A stretch of 64,000 bases of DNA. Origin: Campylobacteraceae bacterium. GTDB lineage: Bacteria > Campylobacterota > Campylobacteria > Campylobacterales > BB28. A program made the translations under genes and the position numbers. The notes under the pieces are model-generated. The model saw nothing but the letters and a program-made list of their open reading frames with translations, was not told the origin of the DNA and did not search any database. The stretch covers positions 7,284 to 71,283 of the forward strand of contig JADGEE010000001.1 of NCBI GenBank assembly GCA_016744535.1, in the 5' to 3' direction. Positions 17,571 to 26,949 of this stretch are shown one piece after another; within the stretch, counting starts at the first letter, position 1; each line of letters opens with the position of its first letter.

Positions 17571-18053
17571 ATGAAAAAAATATTATTAAGTGTAATGCTT
17601 TTAAGTTCAATATTTGCAAGTGATGATTTTCCACCACAGATACCAACTTCAGGTGCAACTCAAACAGAAGGAACAGCTACTGATGGTGTCTCTAAAACTT
17701 CAATTGTAAAAATAGGTATTAAAGTTGGTTGGAATTTAGTTGGCTTACCTGGTTATAGTGCATATACGGTAGAGGATTTATTTGCACCACAAACAGTTGG
17801 AGGAATGGCTATAGTTTCAGGAATTGAGAGCGTTTTTGCTTTTGATGTTGAGTCAGGAAGTTGGAAGACTTATGTACCTGGAAATAGAGATAATTCACTT
17901 ACAAAATTAACACCAGGTCAAGGCTTTTGGATAAAAGCAAAATATAATGGTGGTTACGGATTTAATTCAGGTGTAGAGTTAAAAAATAGAGAGAGTGCTG
18001 AATTTACTGATGGCTCAAATATTGGAACTCTTCCACCAACTATTTGGAAATAA
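17571..18053 (+). CDS. small secreted protein consisting of the shared about 90-aa C-terminal domain
   Basis: Signal peptide. GWNLVGLPGY...VFAFDVESGSWKTYVPGNRDNSL...PGQGFWIK parallels residues in the C-terminus of the LamG protein. Confidence 0.6.
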   Translation: MKKILLSVMLLSSIFASDDFPPQIPTSGATQTEGTATDGVSKTSIVKIGIKVGWNLVGLPGYSAYTVEDLFAPQTVGGMAIVSGIESVFAFDVESGSWKTYVPGNRDNSLTKLTPGQGFWIKAKYNGGYGFNSGVELKNRESAEFTDGSNIGTLPPTIWK

Positions 18054-18111
18054 ATTTCTCTTTTCTTTTACTTTTTCACTCTTCATAAAATCTAAAAAAT
18101 TAAATAAATAA

Positions 18112-18120
18112 TGTTATAAT
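18112..18120 (+). promoter_or_regulatory. extended -10 box TGTTATAAT upstream of murG
   Basis: Exact TGnTATAAT 38 nt upstream of the TTG start at 18158. Confidence 0.35.
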
Positions 18121-18157
18121 CATACTCTAATTAGTGATAAAAAATTAAGGATTATAT

Positions 18158-19159
18158 TTGATAGCAATTACAGGCGGTGGAACTGGTGGGCATTTAAAAA
18201 TTGCAAAATCTATAAAAGATGAATTTAACAAAAGAGATATAAAACCTATTTTTATCGGTTCAAGTTATGGACAAGACAAAACTTGGTTTGAAAATGATAA
18301 CGGTTTTAGTAAAAAATATTTTTTTGATACAAAAGGTGTTGTAAATCAAAATTTTATGGGTAAATTCAACTCTTTAGGCAAAATTTACAAAGCTATGAAT
18401 GAAGTTAAAAAAATATTTAATGAAAATAATATCACAAAAGTTTTTAGTGTTGGTGGCTACTCTTCAGCACCAGCAAGTTTCGCCTCAATTTTAACAAAAA
18501 GAGAACTTTTTATTCACGAACAAAATGCAATTATAGGTAAATCAAACAGACTCTTAAAACCATTTGCAAAAGAGTTTATCTCTTCATATTTTGATTCCAA
18601 AGTTAAAGATTATCCAATTGATGAAAATTTTTTTAAGAGTGCAAGAGTTAGAAAAGAAGTTAAAACTATTATATTTTTAGGTGGAAGCCAAGGGGCAAGA
18701 CACATAAACTCATTTGCTTTGCATATTGCAAAAGATTTAGAAAAGATGGGGATAAAAATTATACATCAAACAGGTGATAGTGATTTTTTAAGAGTAAAAG
18801 AGGCTTATGAAGAGATGGGAATTTTTGCAGATGTATTTAATTTTCATAAAAATTTAATAGAGAAAATTTCTGAGGCTGATTTTGCAATTTCAAGAGCTGG
18901 GGCTTCAACTCTTTGGGAACTTGTAGCCAATCAAGTTCCCACTCTATTTATTCCATACCCATACGCTGCAAAAGACCATCAATACCATAATGCTAAATTT
19001 TTAGCTGATAAAGAGTTGTGTTTTTTAAAACGAGAAGATGAGTTAAAAGAGGATTTTATATTTAAAATTTTAGAGAGTGATTTATCAAAAATTAGTAAAA
19101 ATTTACAAAATGAAATTTCTCCAAATGGAGCAAAAGAGATAGTAAATTTAATTTTATAA
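18158..19159 (+). CDS. murG: UDP-N-acetylglucosamine--N-acetylmuramyl-(pentapeptide) pyrophosphoryl-undecaprenol GlcNAc transferase
   Basis: N-terminal ITGGGTGGHL. GGSQGA. SRAGASTLWEL. TTG start. Confidence 0.9.
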   Translation: MIAITGGGTGGHLKIAKSIKDEFNKRDIKPIFIGSSYGQDKTWFENDNGFSKKYFFDTKGVVNQNFMGKFNSLGKIYKAMNEVKKIFNENNITKVFSVGGYSSAPASFASILTKRELFIHEQNAIIGKSNRLLKPFAKEFISSYFDSKVKDYPIDENFFKSARVRKEVKTIIFLGGSQGARHINSFALHIAKDLEKMGIKIIHQTGDSDFLRVKEAYEEMGIFADVFNFHKNLIEKISEADFAISRAGASTLWELVANQVPTLFIPYPYAAKDHQYHNAKFLADKELCFLKREDELKEDFIFKILESDLSKISKNLQNEISPNGAKEIVNLIL

Positions 19160-21697
19160 TTTTCCTACCACTTCCTCACAAACTTGGATAACTTCATTAA
19201 ACTCTTGTGATTTTTTATATCTATTTTCAATATAGGCAAACTTTTCACTCTCAATTTTTGCAATATTTGAATTTACAAAACTTTTGAGTTTTTTGCCACT
19301 CTCTAAATCATTTTTAATCGCTTGAATTTGATACTCAATTGAGTGTTTAAATGGCTCTTCGATTTTGACAGCTTTTAAGACAATATTATTTAAGATAAAT
19401 TCAAGTGAATTAATATCCTCATTTAACTCATCTTTCACCTCTTTATAATTAAGTGCTACTTGTGCATTTTTAATTAATCCCTCTAGTGCATTTTCAATTG
19501 AGCTATCAATTAAATTTTGAAGTTCATTTAAATTATCTTCACTCATATTTTTAAGCATTGCAGGGGAGTTAAATATGTTTTTAATAACTTTTTTAATAGA
19601 TAATTTTTTATCATTTATAGTTTTTGCTAAATCTTCTTTAAATTTTTTAAATCCCTCATCTTCACCATCTTCAACTTTAAATAAGTCTTTTAATGAATTA
19701 TCTAATCTTTTTTTAATCTCTTCTATATCAACTAAACTCTCTTGAATTAATAATCTTTTCACTAAATCTTGTTCAAAAAATTCTAACTCTTCATTATAAT
19801 TTTTATCAAAAATCATAATTGATTCTATATTTTTTTGAGATTTTAAAAACTTATTAACTCTTGTCCCCTCAAATTTATCTGTAATTGGATTTAATATTAA
19901 AATCTCTAAAATATCATTTGCAAAACGGCTAATAAGTGGAGTGTATGACTTTTTATCATAAGAAAAATCTCCAACTAACTCATCAATTTTAAGGCTTAAT
20001 TTCTCTTTTACTTTTTGTAGTGTTGGGAGAGATTTATCTCCACAAAGTACACTATTTATTAAATTTTTAATTTTATTTTGAATTTCACCATTTTTTTCAA
20101 TTGCAATAGTTGAGCAAATTTCAATAAATCCATTTACAGAGTTTTTATAAAGTTCATCTCTAATATTTGCATTTACTTTTTCAGGTTGCTGGGTTTTAAT
20201 ACTTCCACTTGCTAATCTATTGTGATGATGATTTATAATTTCATCTGTAATCAAAAGTTTAGGAATCCAATCGCTTGAAATTTTTTCTGAAATTAGTTTA
20301 TCAACTTGATATGCTTTAGAGTTCATATCATTTGATAGCTCATTTAAACTTTGAATTAAAATATCTCTCTTAGGTAACCAAAATTCATCTACAAAATTTA
20401 ACATTTGACCAGATAAATTATCATCATTATTCTCATCTATTTTATTTTGCTCTAAAAATAGAGTTAAAAACTGTTTAATATCAGCAATTAATTTATTTAA
20501 AATATTTACTAAAATATTAAATCTGTCGTAGTTAAAAAATTGATTTAATCTCTCTAACATAGCTTCAATACCACTCTCTAACTCTAAAATTTTCATTTTA
20601 GAAATACTACTTTTAGAGTCAATTACTTGTTGTGATTCTAAATATGCTAAAGGTGAGCCAAAAAATATATTATTTTCATTAAAGATTTTATATTTAAGCA
20701 ACTCATTTTTTAATAGCTCTTTATACTCATTAATTTCACTTAAACTTTTATTTTTATCAATTCCATTCCCGTCAAACGCGATGTGTACATCAATTTTATT
20801 TCCAAAAACAAGCATTTTATCAGCTAAAGATTGCCCATACTCATCTTGAACAGAGTTTAAAACATCAATTTGACTCTTTACAAAGCTAACCCTATCGGCA
20901 ATAGATATGACGAATAAAACCGCATCAGCGTCTATCATTTTATCAATTGCTTGTTTTTTATGAAGTTTTGTAGGAGAATCAAACCCAGGGACATCATAAA
21001 GGATTAAATCATTTAAGCCTTTTAAGTTTGAAGATTTAATTGAAATCTCTTTTACAGCTCTTGCAATCTCCTCTTTTACGATATATTCCCTAATATCCTC
21101 TTTTAAATTAGCACCCTCTAATTTTAATTTTTTGGCATCTAAATATCTATTTAAATCATCTCTTTTAGCAATAATAGAATTTATATCATCTAGGGTATCA
21201 CTTCTTGAAATCTCTTCATATCGTCTTGGGTCTGTTTGAGAGAGTGCATTTAAATGATTTTCAATATCCTCTAAACTCAAACTATCAAATTTTGCACCAC
21301 TAAACTCTATATAATCAAGTAAATCATTGAATTTTTTAACAAATTCATCTTTTGTAAAAAATTCAACTTCTGCAATATCATCATTTGAGGCTTCAACGAT
21401 TGTTGTTGTAAATGTACATCTCTGTTTTGCTTCAGGTAAAAAATCTGCTTTCATTAAAGCATTTGCAAAAGTGCTTTTGCCAGCTTTCTCTAATCCAACA
21501 ATAGCCACTTCAAATTTATCTTTTTTAAGTTTATCTATATATCTATCAATTTGTTTTTTATATCTATTTGCTTCAACTTCAATATTACTCTCACTAAATT
21601 GTAAAAATGTACTTTTTATATGAAGTATATAATCTATCGCTTTTTTAGAATCCTCTAATTTATCTATATATCTATCTCTATCTTCTTGCCAATTCAT
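19154..21697 (-). CDS. bacterial dynamin-like GTPase (847 aa)
   Basis: G1 VGLEKAGKSTFANAL. G3 LYDVPGF. G4 FGNKIDV. A long helical C-terminal region and no TM segment. Its stop overlaps the murG stop tail-to-tail by 6 bp. Confidence 0.8.
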   Translation of the reverse strand: MNWQEDRDRYIDKLEDSKKAIDYILHIKSTFLQFSESNIEVEANRYKKQIDRYIDKLKKDKFEVAIVGLEKAGKSTFANALMKADFLPEAKQRCTFTTTIVEASNDDIAEVEFFTKDEFVKKFNDLLDYIEFSGAKFDSLSLEDIENHLNALSQTDPRRYEEISRSDTLDDINSIIAKRDDLNRYLDAKKLKLEGANLKEDIREYIVKEEIARAVKEISIKSSNLKGLNDLILYDVPGFDSPTKLHKKQAIDKMIDADAVLFVISIADRVSFVKSQIDVLNSVQDEYGQSLADKMLVFGNKIDVHIAFDGNGIDKNKSLSEINEYKELLKNELLKYKIFNENNIFFGSPLAYLESQQVIDSKSSISKMKILELESGIEAMLERLNQFFNYDRFNILVNILNKLIADIKQFLTLFLEQNKIDENNDDNLSGQMLNFVDEFWLPKRDILIQSLNELSNDMNSKAYQVDKLISEKISSDWIPKLLITDEIINHHHNRLASGSIKTQQPEKVNANIRDELYKNSVNGFIEICSTIAIEKNGEIQNKIKNLINSVLCGDKSLPTLQKVKEKLSLKIDELVGDFSYDKKSYTPLISRFANDILEILILNPITDKFEGTRVNKFLKSQKNIESIMIFDKNYNEELEFFEQDLVKRLLIQESLVDIEEIKKRLDNSLKDLFKVEDGEDEGFKKFKEDLAKTINDKKLSIKKVIKNIFNSPAMLKNMSEDNLNELQNLIDSSIENALEGLIKNAQVALNYKEVKDELNEDINSLEFILNNIVLKAVKIEEPFKHSIEYQIQAIKNDLESGKKLKSFVNSNIAKIESEKFAYIENRYKKSQEFNEVIQVCEEVVGKL

Positions 21698-21720
21698 TTT
21701 TTACCTTTAAAAAAATTCTT

Positions 21721-23040
21721 TTATTTTCCATTTATATTTACAAGTGCTGTTTTAGCTTCAGCTATTAAAACTTTTTCATTTTTTGTTATGGATGCTTCAT
21801 AAAATTTTTTACCATACTTTGATGTTATATCTAAATCTTTACTTACATAATTTTCAACTAAATCAAACCAATTATCTAATACATATTTATTTGATAATTT
21901 ACTTAAAACATACTCATTTTCTATAATTAAAGTATTAAAAAAATACTCCCACTGTTTTTGAGTGATTTTTGGTAAAATCTCTTTTAAATAAGTTTTTGCA
22001 CTTCTAGAGTGACCATATTGATTACCCAAGTAAGAGAGTATTATGGCTGTTATAGTATCTTCAAAAGCCATATCAGGGATAATTGAACCCATTTGGCTTA
22101 ATTTTTTAGTATAAGGAAATTCCTCATAAAAATTATTAAAATTAAAATGAGCAGAAATCAACTGCTTAGCTACTCTTGCATAACTATTTGAACGAGTTGT
22201 TTCAGGAACAAAATCAAAGCCTTTTGTATTTTCTAATACATTAATTAATGTATTAAAAATAGTTTTATTTCCCTCACTTATAGCCATAGCATAAGTTTTA
22301 CCAATTAACTTTTTGTCTTCTATAAATAGTTTATCCCATAAAGCTATTAAGAAAATTTGAGTATTATTTAACGCAATCTCTCTCTCTCCACCCTCTAATG
22401 TTTTTATTAAATTAAGTAGTGTTCTAACAATTGTTTTAATATAAAAATATGGAGAGGTTTTTAGAGTTTCAATCTCTTGTGAATCACTTTTAAATACTAC
22501 TGTTTTCAAGTTTTCTCTGAATTTTATAAAATCTAAACTTGTATCTTCTAATTTTTTTCCTAAAATATATTTAGTTAAATCAAGAATAATATTTAGAGCT
22601 TTAAGAATATTTATCTCTTCTACTTCTTCATTTGAGTTCTCATCATTTACATTAATATCAATATAGTGTCTTATTATTTCATAACTATGTGTTAATTCTA
22701 ATTTTGCAGTAGAATTTATTATTCCAAGTTCAAAAGCTAAATTTATCTTTTCAATTGGAGAAATTTCATCCATTGAATTTAAATAATCTCTTCCAACCAT
22801 TTCAGCAATAAAATCTAATCCAAAAGATAAAATTTTTTTTTCTAATAAATTTATAGCCCTATTCCAAGCATACTCTATTGCTATATCATAAAATCCACTA
22901 TTAAATGAATTTACTATTTTAGAAATATTTTTTTGATTTAAAGCTACTATATAATTTGATATAGCTTCAATACTTCCTTGTTCATTGTTTGGAATTAAAA
23001 TTGCTTTTGAGTTTTCCCATAAAACTATATTATTGCTCAT
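21721..23040 (-). CDS. 439-aa helix-rich protein of unknown function (middle gene of the DAC-like/dynamin module)
   Basis: Long uninterrupted ORF. Its ATG is embedded in the last codons of the upstream gene (11-nt overlap). I recognise no motif. Confidence 0.6.
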   Translation of the reverse strand: MSNNIVLWENSKAILIPNNEQGSIEAISNYIVALNQKNISKIVNSFNSGFYDIAIEYAWNRAINLLEKKILSFGLDFIAEMVGRDYLNSMDEISPIEKINLAFELGIINSTAKLELTHSYEIIRHYIDINVNDENSNEEVEEINILKALNIILDLTKYILGKKLEDTSLDFIKFRENLKTVVFKSDSQEIETLKTSPYFYIKTIVRTLLNLIKTLEGGEREIALNNTQIFLIALWDKLFIEDKKLIGKTYAMAISEGNKTIFNTLINVLENTKGFDFVPETTRSNSYARVAKQLISAHFNFNNFYEEFPYTKKLSQMGSIIPDMAFEDTITAIILSYLGNQYGHSRSAKTYLKEILPKITQKQWEYFFNTLIIENEYVLSKLSNKYVLDNWFDLVENYVSKDLDITSKYGKKFYEASITKNEKVLIAEAKTALVNINGK

Positions 23041-24076
23041 CTTTTATCTCCTCAAAAAAAGAGTATCCATCTTCTGATTGAAAATATACACCCAACAAAC
23101 CTTTAGCATTAGATTTAATTATTTTATGTGTTGCCCTTGTTCTTGAACCACCAACAATAGTATCTTTTGATTCGTTTTTATCATCAATGAAGATATTAAA
23201 ACCTAATATTTCACCTTTAGAACTAAGAAGTGTAACACCATCTATATCAACAGCCCTAGAGAGTACCCCTATCATACTATAATATTTTTCAGATATATTA
23301 CTTTGATTTAATTCTAAACAACTACTTTGATAATTTTCAAACTCTTGATAAAGATTAATTGGTTCTTCTAAAATAATACCATTTATAAAATAATAATCTA
23401 TTGGTTGGTTTGAATCTACAATAGTTATAATTGTACCGTGAATTTTTTCAAAATTAAAATAGAGATAGTTTTTTATATTATCTTGAAATTGTTTCAAACT
23501 GTTTTTATCTTTTAAATCTTTAGTAAAACAATCTACCAACTTGATAATATTCTCTTTTCTTGAATCTTTGATTTCTCTTTTTGTTATACTTAAATTTAAA
23601 TATAAATTATGAATCTCTTTATCTTTTTTAACTTGAATTTCAACAATGTTTTTATCTATTTTTTTTACTTTAAAAGCTATTATTCTAGGAGTATCCATAA
23701 TTGTAAGTGAATTTATTCCTGCAAAGTTTTTTAATATTCCATACTCTACTTCTTTATCGTAAAAAGATATATATATTTTCCAACCATTATTGCAAAATGG
23801 AGCAAATGACTTTATCTTTTTTCTTATATTCATATTATTTAAAGTTTCATTGGCTAATTTAATCTTTTTATAACTTTTTGATTTTTCTAAAACTTTATCA
23901 ATATCAAGAATAACTATTAAATCAATATTTATTTTTTCACTCTCTTCTTCGTAATGAAATATTGATGGTAAAAATTCATAAAATTGGTCCAAAAATTCTT
24001 TTGATATCACATCATTTTTAATGATTGTTGCAAATAAATTTTGAAATTCATTAAAATAAACTATTTGATTATTCAT
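23030..24076 (-). CDS. 348-aa protein with C-terminal DisA_N/diadenylate-cyclase-like fold carrying non-canonical catalytic motifs
   Basis: HGTIITIV, DIDGVTLLSSKGEILGFNIFI, GGSRTRATHKI and GVYFQSEDGYSFF appear in the order of the DAC blocks GALIV / DGA / RHR / VSEE-G-IS. The start lies 9 nt after the ribE stop, with an AAGGGGA SD. Confidence 0.5.
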   Translation of the reverse strand: MNNQIVYFNEFQNLFATIIKNDVISKEFLDQFYEFLPSIFHYEEESEKINIDLIVILDIDKVLEKSKSYKKIKLANETLNNMNIRKKIKSFAPFCNNGWKIYISFYDKEVEYGILKNFAGINSLTIMDTPRIIAFKVKKIDKNIVEIQVKKDKEIHNLYLNLSITKREIKDSRKENIIKLVDCFTKDLKDKNSLKQFQDNIKNYLYFNFEKIHGTIITIVDSNQPIDYYFINGIILEEPINLYQEFENYQSSCLELNQSNISEKYYSMIGVLSRAVDIDGVTLLSSKGEILGFNIFIDDKNESKDTIVGGSRTRATHKIIKSNAKGLLGVYFQSEDGYSFFEEIKDEQ

Positions 24077-24085
24077 TTGTTCCCC

Positions 24086-24697
24086 TTAATAACTCGCCAT
24101 TATTTTATCTACATCAACCCAACTAAGTTTTTTATCTTTATTCATAAACATATGATGTACATATCTTGCAAACATATCAGTTTCAATATTTAGTCTGCTT
24201 TTTACTTTATAATTTTTAAAAAGAGAATTTTGCATAGTATGAGGAATAATCGTTAGTTTAAAAGCATCTTCATAAACTGCATTAATAGTTAAACTTATTC
24301 CGTCAATTGCTATACTTCCCTTTGGAATAATAAATTTTATATAATTTTTTGGGACTTTTATGTGAAAATCATAAGAGTTTTCATTTTTGATAATTTTATC
24401 AATTACTCCTACACAATCGATATGTCCTTGAATTAAATGACCCTCTATTCTATCGCTTAGTCTCATTGCAGGTTCAATATGAACTAAATTTTTATAATTC
24501 TCAATTGCTAAAACACTCTGACTTTCAGGAGAAAGCTCCACACTAAAGCCACTCTCATCAAATTTAACAACAGTTAAACAAGCCCCATTCACAGCTATAC
24601 TATCGCCTATTTTTGGCTTGTGCTTAGCTTTTATAGTTAAAAGCACTCCATCAAAACTTTGAACTTTTGCAATTTCTCTAATCAATCCATTAAACAT
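24086..24697 (-). CDS. ribE: riboflavin synthase (alpha chain)
   Basis: MFNGLIREIAKV...GDSIAVNGACLTV...GSIAIDGISLT shows the duplicated lumazine-binding repeats. Confidence 0.9.
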   Translation of the reverse strand: MFNGLIREIAKVQSFDGVLLTIKAKHKPKIGDSIAVNGACLTVVKFDESGFSVELSPESQSVLAIENYKNLVHIEPAMRLSDRIEGHLIQGHIDCVGVIDKIIKNENSYDFHIKVPKNYIKFIIPKGSIAIDGISLTINAVYEDAFKLTIIPHTMQNSLFKNYKVKSRLNIETDMFARYVHHMFMNKDKKLSWVDVDKIMASY

Positions 24698-24765
24698 TCA
24701 ATAACTCTCTATTTATATTTTTAATTTAAGTTTAACATTTTTTACTTTTTTTTAACATCAAACAC

Positions 24766-24795
24766 TTGACAATATTTTACTAAACTTGATATGAT
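24766..24795 (+). promoter_or_regulatory. sigma70-like promoter for the Hsp20 gene
   Basis: TTGACA at 24766-24771, an 18-nt spacer, then TATGAT at 24790-24795. AGGAGG SD before the ATG at 24830. Confidence 0.35.
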
Positions 24796-24829
24796 TTTTA
24801 TATCTTATATTTATTATTAGGAGGATTAA

Positions 24830-25489
24830 ATGTTTAAAAGATTGAGTGCGGTTTTATTAATATCAACGACTCTATTTGCAAATGAGATAAGTGAGAAAGA
24901 AATCTTAGATAAAGCGTTAAATTCACTAAGTGAAGCTTTAGTAACATTTGAAAAGGAGAATTTAAATAAATTAGATAAAAATAAGTTAAATAGTGTATTA
25001 GAGTATTTAGCTCAAGAGTTGAGTGATTTAAGTAGGGATAATACAAATCCTTATAATGCTATGTTTAGAGAATTTAATAATAACTTTTTTAATAGTGATT
25101 TTTTAAGTAATTTTAAAGAGTTTGAAAATAAGTTTAACTCTACTTTTAGAGGTGGTATTAATAACTATTACTCTCCAAGGGTAAACGAGAGAGAAGATAA
25201 AAAAAATTACTATATCGAAGTTGAATTAGCTGGAGTTACAAAAGATGGAATAGATTTAAAAGTTGATAATAATATCTTAAGTATAACTGCTCAAAGAGAG
25301 AGTAAAAAAGATATTAAAGGAGAAAATTATTCAAAAATAGAGAGCAATTTTGGTAAATTTCAAAGAAGTTTCACACTTCCAAACGATGTAGATTCTGATA
25401 AAATAGAAGCTGATTCAAAAAATGGGTTATTAGAGATAACAATACCTAAAAAAGTAATTTCATCTGCCAAGAGTATAAAAATTAAATAG
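24830..25489 (+). CDS. Hsp20/alpha-crystallin family protein with N-terminal signal peptide
   Basis: ACD block YYIEVELAGVTKDGIDLKVDNNILSITAQRE...FQRSFTLPNDVDSDKIEADSKNGLLEITIPKK. The N-terminus MFKRLSAVLLISTTLFA looks like a Sec signal. Confidence 0.85.
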   Translation: MFKRLSAVLLISTTLFANEISEKEILDKALNSLSEALVTFEKENLNKLDKNKLNSVLEYLAQELSDLSRDNTNPYNAMFREFNNNFFNSDFLSNFKEFENKFNSTFRGGINNYYSPRVNEREDKKNYYIEVELAGVTKDGIDLKVDNNILSITAQRESKKDIKGENYSKIESNFGKFQRSFTLPNDVDSDKIEADSKNGLLEITIPKKVISSAKSIKIK

Positions 25490-25512
25490 AAAAATAGCTA
25501 AATAGGATAAAT

Positions 25513-26289
25513 ATGGATATTTTACAATCTATAATTTTAGGTGCGGTTGAGGGATTAACTGAATTTTTACCAGTATCCTCAACTGGACACTTAATATTAA
25601 CTTCTGAACTTATGGGAATTAAACAAGATAGCTTTCATAAGACTTTTGAAATTATAATTCAACTAGGCTCAATTCTTTCAGTTATATTTGTATTTAAAGA
25701 TAAAATTATTCCAAATAATAGAGAATCAATTACTTTATGGAAAAAATTAATAGTAGCTTTTATTCCAACTGGAATTTTAGGATTTCTATTTTATAAACAT
25801 ATAAAAGCACTTTTTGCACCTGAAACAGTAGCATTTATGCTAATTTTTGGAGGAATTATATTTATAGCACTAGAGTATTTTTATAAAGAAGAGAGAGTTA
25901 AAATTAATAACACTAATGAGATAAGTTACAAACAAGCTTTTTTTATTGGGCTTTTTCAATCAATTTCAATGATACCTGGTACTAGCCGAAGTGGAGCAAC
26001 CATAGTTGGTGGATTACTTTTGGGATTTAATAGAAGAGTCGCAACTGAATTTAGCTTTTTACTAGCTGTTCCAACGATGTTTATGGCAACTGCTTATGAT
26101 GTATATAAAAATTATGAACAATTTAATTTTGATAATACTCTAATTTTAATTGTAGGCTTTTTATCAGCTTTTACATTTGCATTTTTTGCCATCAAAACAT
26201 TTTTAACTTTTGTGGCAAAATTTAATTTTATACCTTTTGGAGTCTATAGAATTTTAATTGGAGTAATATTTTTATATTATTTATATTAA
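25513..26289 (+). CDS. uppP: undecaprenyl-diphosphate phosphatase
   Basis: EGLTEFLPVSSTGHL and PGTSRSGATI motifs. A polytopic membrane protein. Confidence 0.9.
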   Translation: MDILQSIILGAVEGLTEFLPVSSTGHLILTSELMGIKQDSFHKTFEIIIQLGSILSVIFVFKDKIIPNNRESITLWKKLIVAFIPTGILGFLFYKHIKALFAPETVAFMLIFGGIIFIALEYFYKEERVKINNTNEISYKQAFFIGLFQSISMIPGTSRSGATIVGGLLLGFNRRVATEFSFLLAVPTMFMATAYDVYKNYEQFNFDNTLILIVGFLSAFTFAFFAIKTFLTFVAKFNFIPFGVYRILIGVIFLYYLY

Positions 26290-26575
26290 AAAATTATCAA
26301 TTAAAATTTAACTTAAAATAGATTATAAATGATTAGAGGTATCCGGCACTGACTAAATAAGCTAAAAATAAATGGCTTTTTGATTAGCTTTTTGATAAAA
26401 TTTGTTTATGAAAAAAAATAAAAAATATAAAAGATTAACAACATATCAAAAAGAATTAATTTAGTTATTTTTTTTAAAGTTTCAAATATTTTAATTCACA
26501 TTTCAGATATATAATACACAAAATAGATTCGTATTATAAAATAACTTTTAATTTAAGCATTTAAATTTGACAATT

Positions 26576-26941
26576 TTATTTTATTTTTTGTCCACACTCA
26601 AATAGACACTCTTCAAGAAGATTAATTTTATCACTTTTCACTGCTTTTTTATAAACGACTTTAAAAATATCAAGCACATCTTCATCAATTTCAATATTGC
26701 TATTTTTATCTTTTTTAGAATTTAAAAACATTTCACCTTTACCAGTTAAAAGCCAATGTATATCTATATTCAATTTTTTATGCAATATATCAATAATTTT
26801 TGAAGGAAGCTCAATTTTTTTATTTTCATAATTAGAAATCATATCTTGAGATGTATCGAGTTTTTTAGAAAATTCAGTTTGATTTAATCTTAGTTTTTTT
26901 CTTATTTTAGTAAAATTTTCATTTTTATATAATAAATCCAT
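26576..26941 (-). CDS. XRE/cI-like HTH regulator
   Basis: HTH KLRLNQTEFSKKLDTSQDMISNYE followed by the HWLLTGKGE signature common in phage-repressor-like N-domains. Confidence 0.75.
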   Translation of the reverse strand: MDLLYKNENFTKIRKKLRLNQTEFSKKLDTSQDMISNYENKKIELPSKIIDILHKKLNIDIHWLLTGKGEMFLNSKKDKNSNIEIDEDVLDIFKVVYKKAVKSDKINLLEECLFECGQKIK

Positions 26942-26949
26942 AATTATCC

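Noticed and set aside
17221-17975. The duplicated C-terminal domain as a diversity-generating retroelement template/variable repeat pair
   Set aside because: Differences between the two copies involve all base types rather than adenine-specific changes. The copies are only patchily identical, and no reverse transcriptase is present.
21327-21623. 98-aa plus-strand ORF inside the dynamin-like GTPase gene
   Set aside because: It is antisense to the G-domain coding region, and its composition is an artefact.
24698-24829. FMN riboswitch upstream of ribE
   Set aside because: The interval is short and AT-rich with no conserved FMN-element stems. It is better explained as a divergent promoter region.
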